Under the pieces are notes generated by a model that saw only the letters and a list, made by a program, of their open reading frames with translations, had not been told where the DNA came from and searched no databases. Shown piece by piece: positions 62,815 to 64,000 of a DNA stretch of 64,000 nucleotides. Position 1 is the first letter of the stretch. Every line of letters begins with the position of its first letter. Origin of the DNA: Squalus acanthias. Lineage: Eukaryota. The position numbers and the translations under genes were made by a program. The DNA lies in assembly GCA_030390025.1 (NCBI GenBank), contig CM059431.1, positions 127,722,001 to 127,786,000 on the forward strand. The letters run 5' to 3'.

Positions 62815-63660
62815 GGGCTGGATTTTGTCAATGGGGGCATGTTGGGGGCGGGACTGCTGGTTGTCGGGTTTCAGTCCCGCCCCCAACGACATCCGGCCAA
62901 CCCACGCTATTTTCCCTTGATTGACCTTGCTAAGCCCGCCCTGCAGGCTTAGCCGGCCAATTAAGGGAAAGCCGGTGACAGAGGACATCAGCGTATGACG
63001 TTACATCCATCGAAAATTTTTGACAGATGAATTGTCAGCGTTTGACAGCTTTGAGAAGCTGTCAAACACTGACAATCTCTGTTCTAAGGTGAGCCCTTGC
63101 ACAAAGACTCACCAAAACCTCTTTCCTCAGCAGAAATCAGATGGCTGCTGCATCTGAGAATGCAGTAGCCATTCTGTCATCTCTGCCGTTGAGATGAGGC
63201 ACATCCGGATCCCCAAGGGTTGAAGCCTGCAGAAAGAAGCAAAGGTAAGGAAACTTTTTCCAACACTTTACACTCACCTCTCATACTTACTTGTCCATAC
63301 TTGCACCCATCAATCACCTGTACAGTGGACTTTTTGACCCCTCTCACCCCCCGCAGACCCACTGCTCGCCTCGCTGACCCTGGCGAGGTTCGCAGCCATC
63401 GGGAAGCCCGCACTTGTAGGGGTAAAATGGGGATAAGCCTCAAAACTGCCTGTTAACTACCTGTTAACAGGCAGTTAATTGGCTCTAATCCCCTTCCCAC
63501 CTCGAGGAGACGGGTCCCTGCACGAGTCGGGGACCCGCCTCCTGGGAAGATGGCATGGAGGCGGGTTGGGAGCAGGTTTGGTACCCGCTCCCAGTTTCTG
63601 CCATTTTCCCGGCAGTCCCGCCTCCATACCCGCCTCCCCAGGGCTGGGAAAATTCCCCCC
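62815..63660. mobile_element. Harbinger-type MITE (family 3)
   Basis: TIRs GGGCTGGATTTT / AAAATTCCCCCC; TSD AGA; homologous to 53490-54334. Confidence 0.8.
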
Positions 63661-64000
63661 AGAATGTGACTGTAACTTTGCAGAGTAGAAATTACTGTTA
63701 ACAATATTATTGAGCAAATGCTTAAATCTTTTGTGTCAATTTTTTCTCTGCTATTTTAATGTAGGCTATTCTGTTAATTTTAAATGAACTAATATCCCTT
63801 AAAATAGCAGTGGAAGAGAGAGCTATTTCACATGAACTGGGAAATTGTTCATAAAATATTACTGGACATAATTTTTACCTTTGGGTGTTTAGGACTTCTT
63901 TTAATTACAATGTTTTACAGTATTTGCAATGAATGTATTTCTCCCACCTACATAAAAAGACACATTTCTTGGCTTCTGTCTTACTAGCTTTTCCTTATCA

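Noticed and set aside
1..64000. Prokaryotic systems (CRISPR array, retron, operons)
   Set aside because: No repeat-spacer array or gene-dense organisation; all RTs belong to eukaryotic retroelements.

Overview
Eukaryotic, repeat-dominated intergenic or intronic DNA. The repeat set (CR1 LINEs with (ATAAGAAC)n/(ATAGAAC)n-type tails, a tRNA-headed Deu-domain SINE, Penelope-like GIY-YIG elements, spliced two-gene Harbinger transposons) points to a cartilaginous fish (shark); this is inference. I found no convincing host protein-coding gene. The window holds: three near-full-length Harbinger/PIF transposons, each with a decayed HARBI1-like transposase and a convergent 3-exon Myb/SANT gene (two copies form an inverted pair); deleted Harbinger derivatives and many Harbinger-type MITEs; a short-LTR Gypsy element carrying four nested insertions; several CR1 copies; RTE, L2 and L1 remnants; and Penelope-like fragments with minimal hammerhead-ribozyme motifs. 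The most striking structures are (1) a 1.5 kb near-perfect Penelope palindrome with a 13-bp TSD and a hammerhead motif in each arm, and (2) an uninterrupted 414-codon ORF in which the Gypsy gag start is fused in frame to a CR1 reverse transcriptase just downstream of the Gypsy 5' LTR/PBS. Boundaries were read by eye and may be off by a few bases, or tens of bases for old elements.
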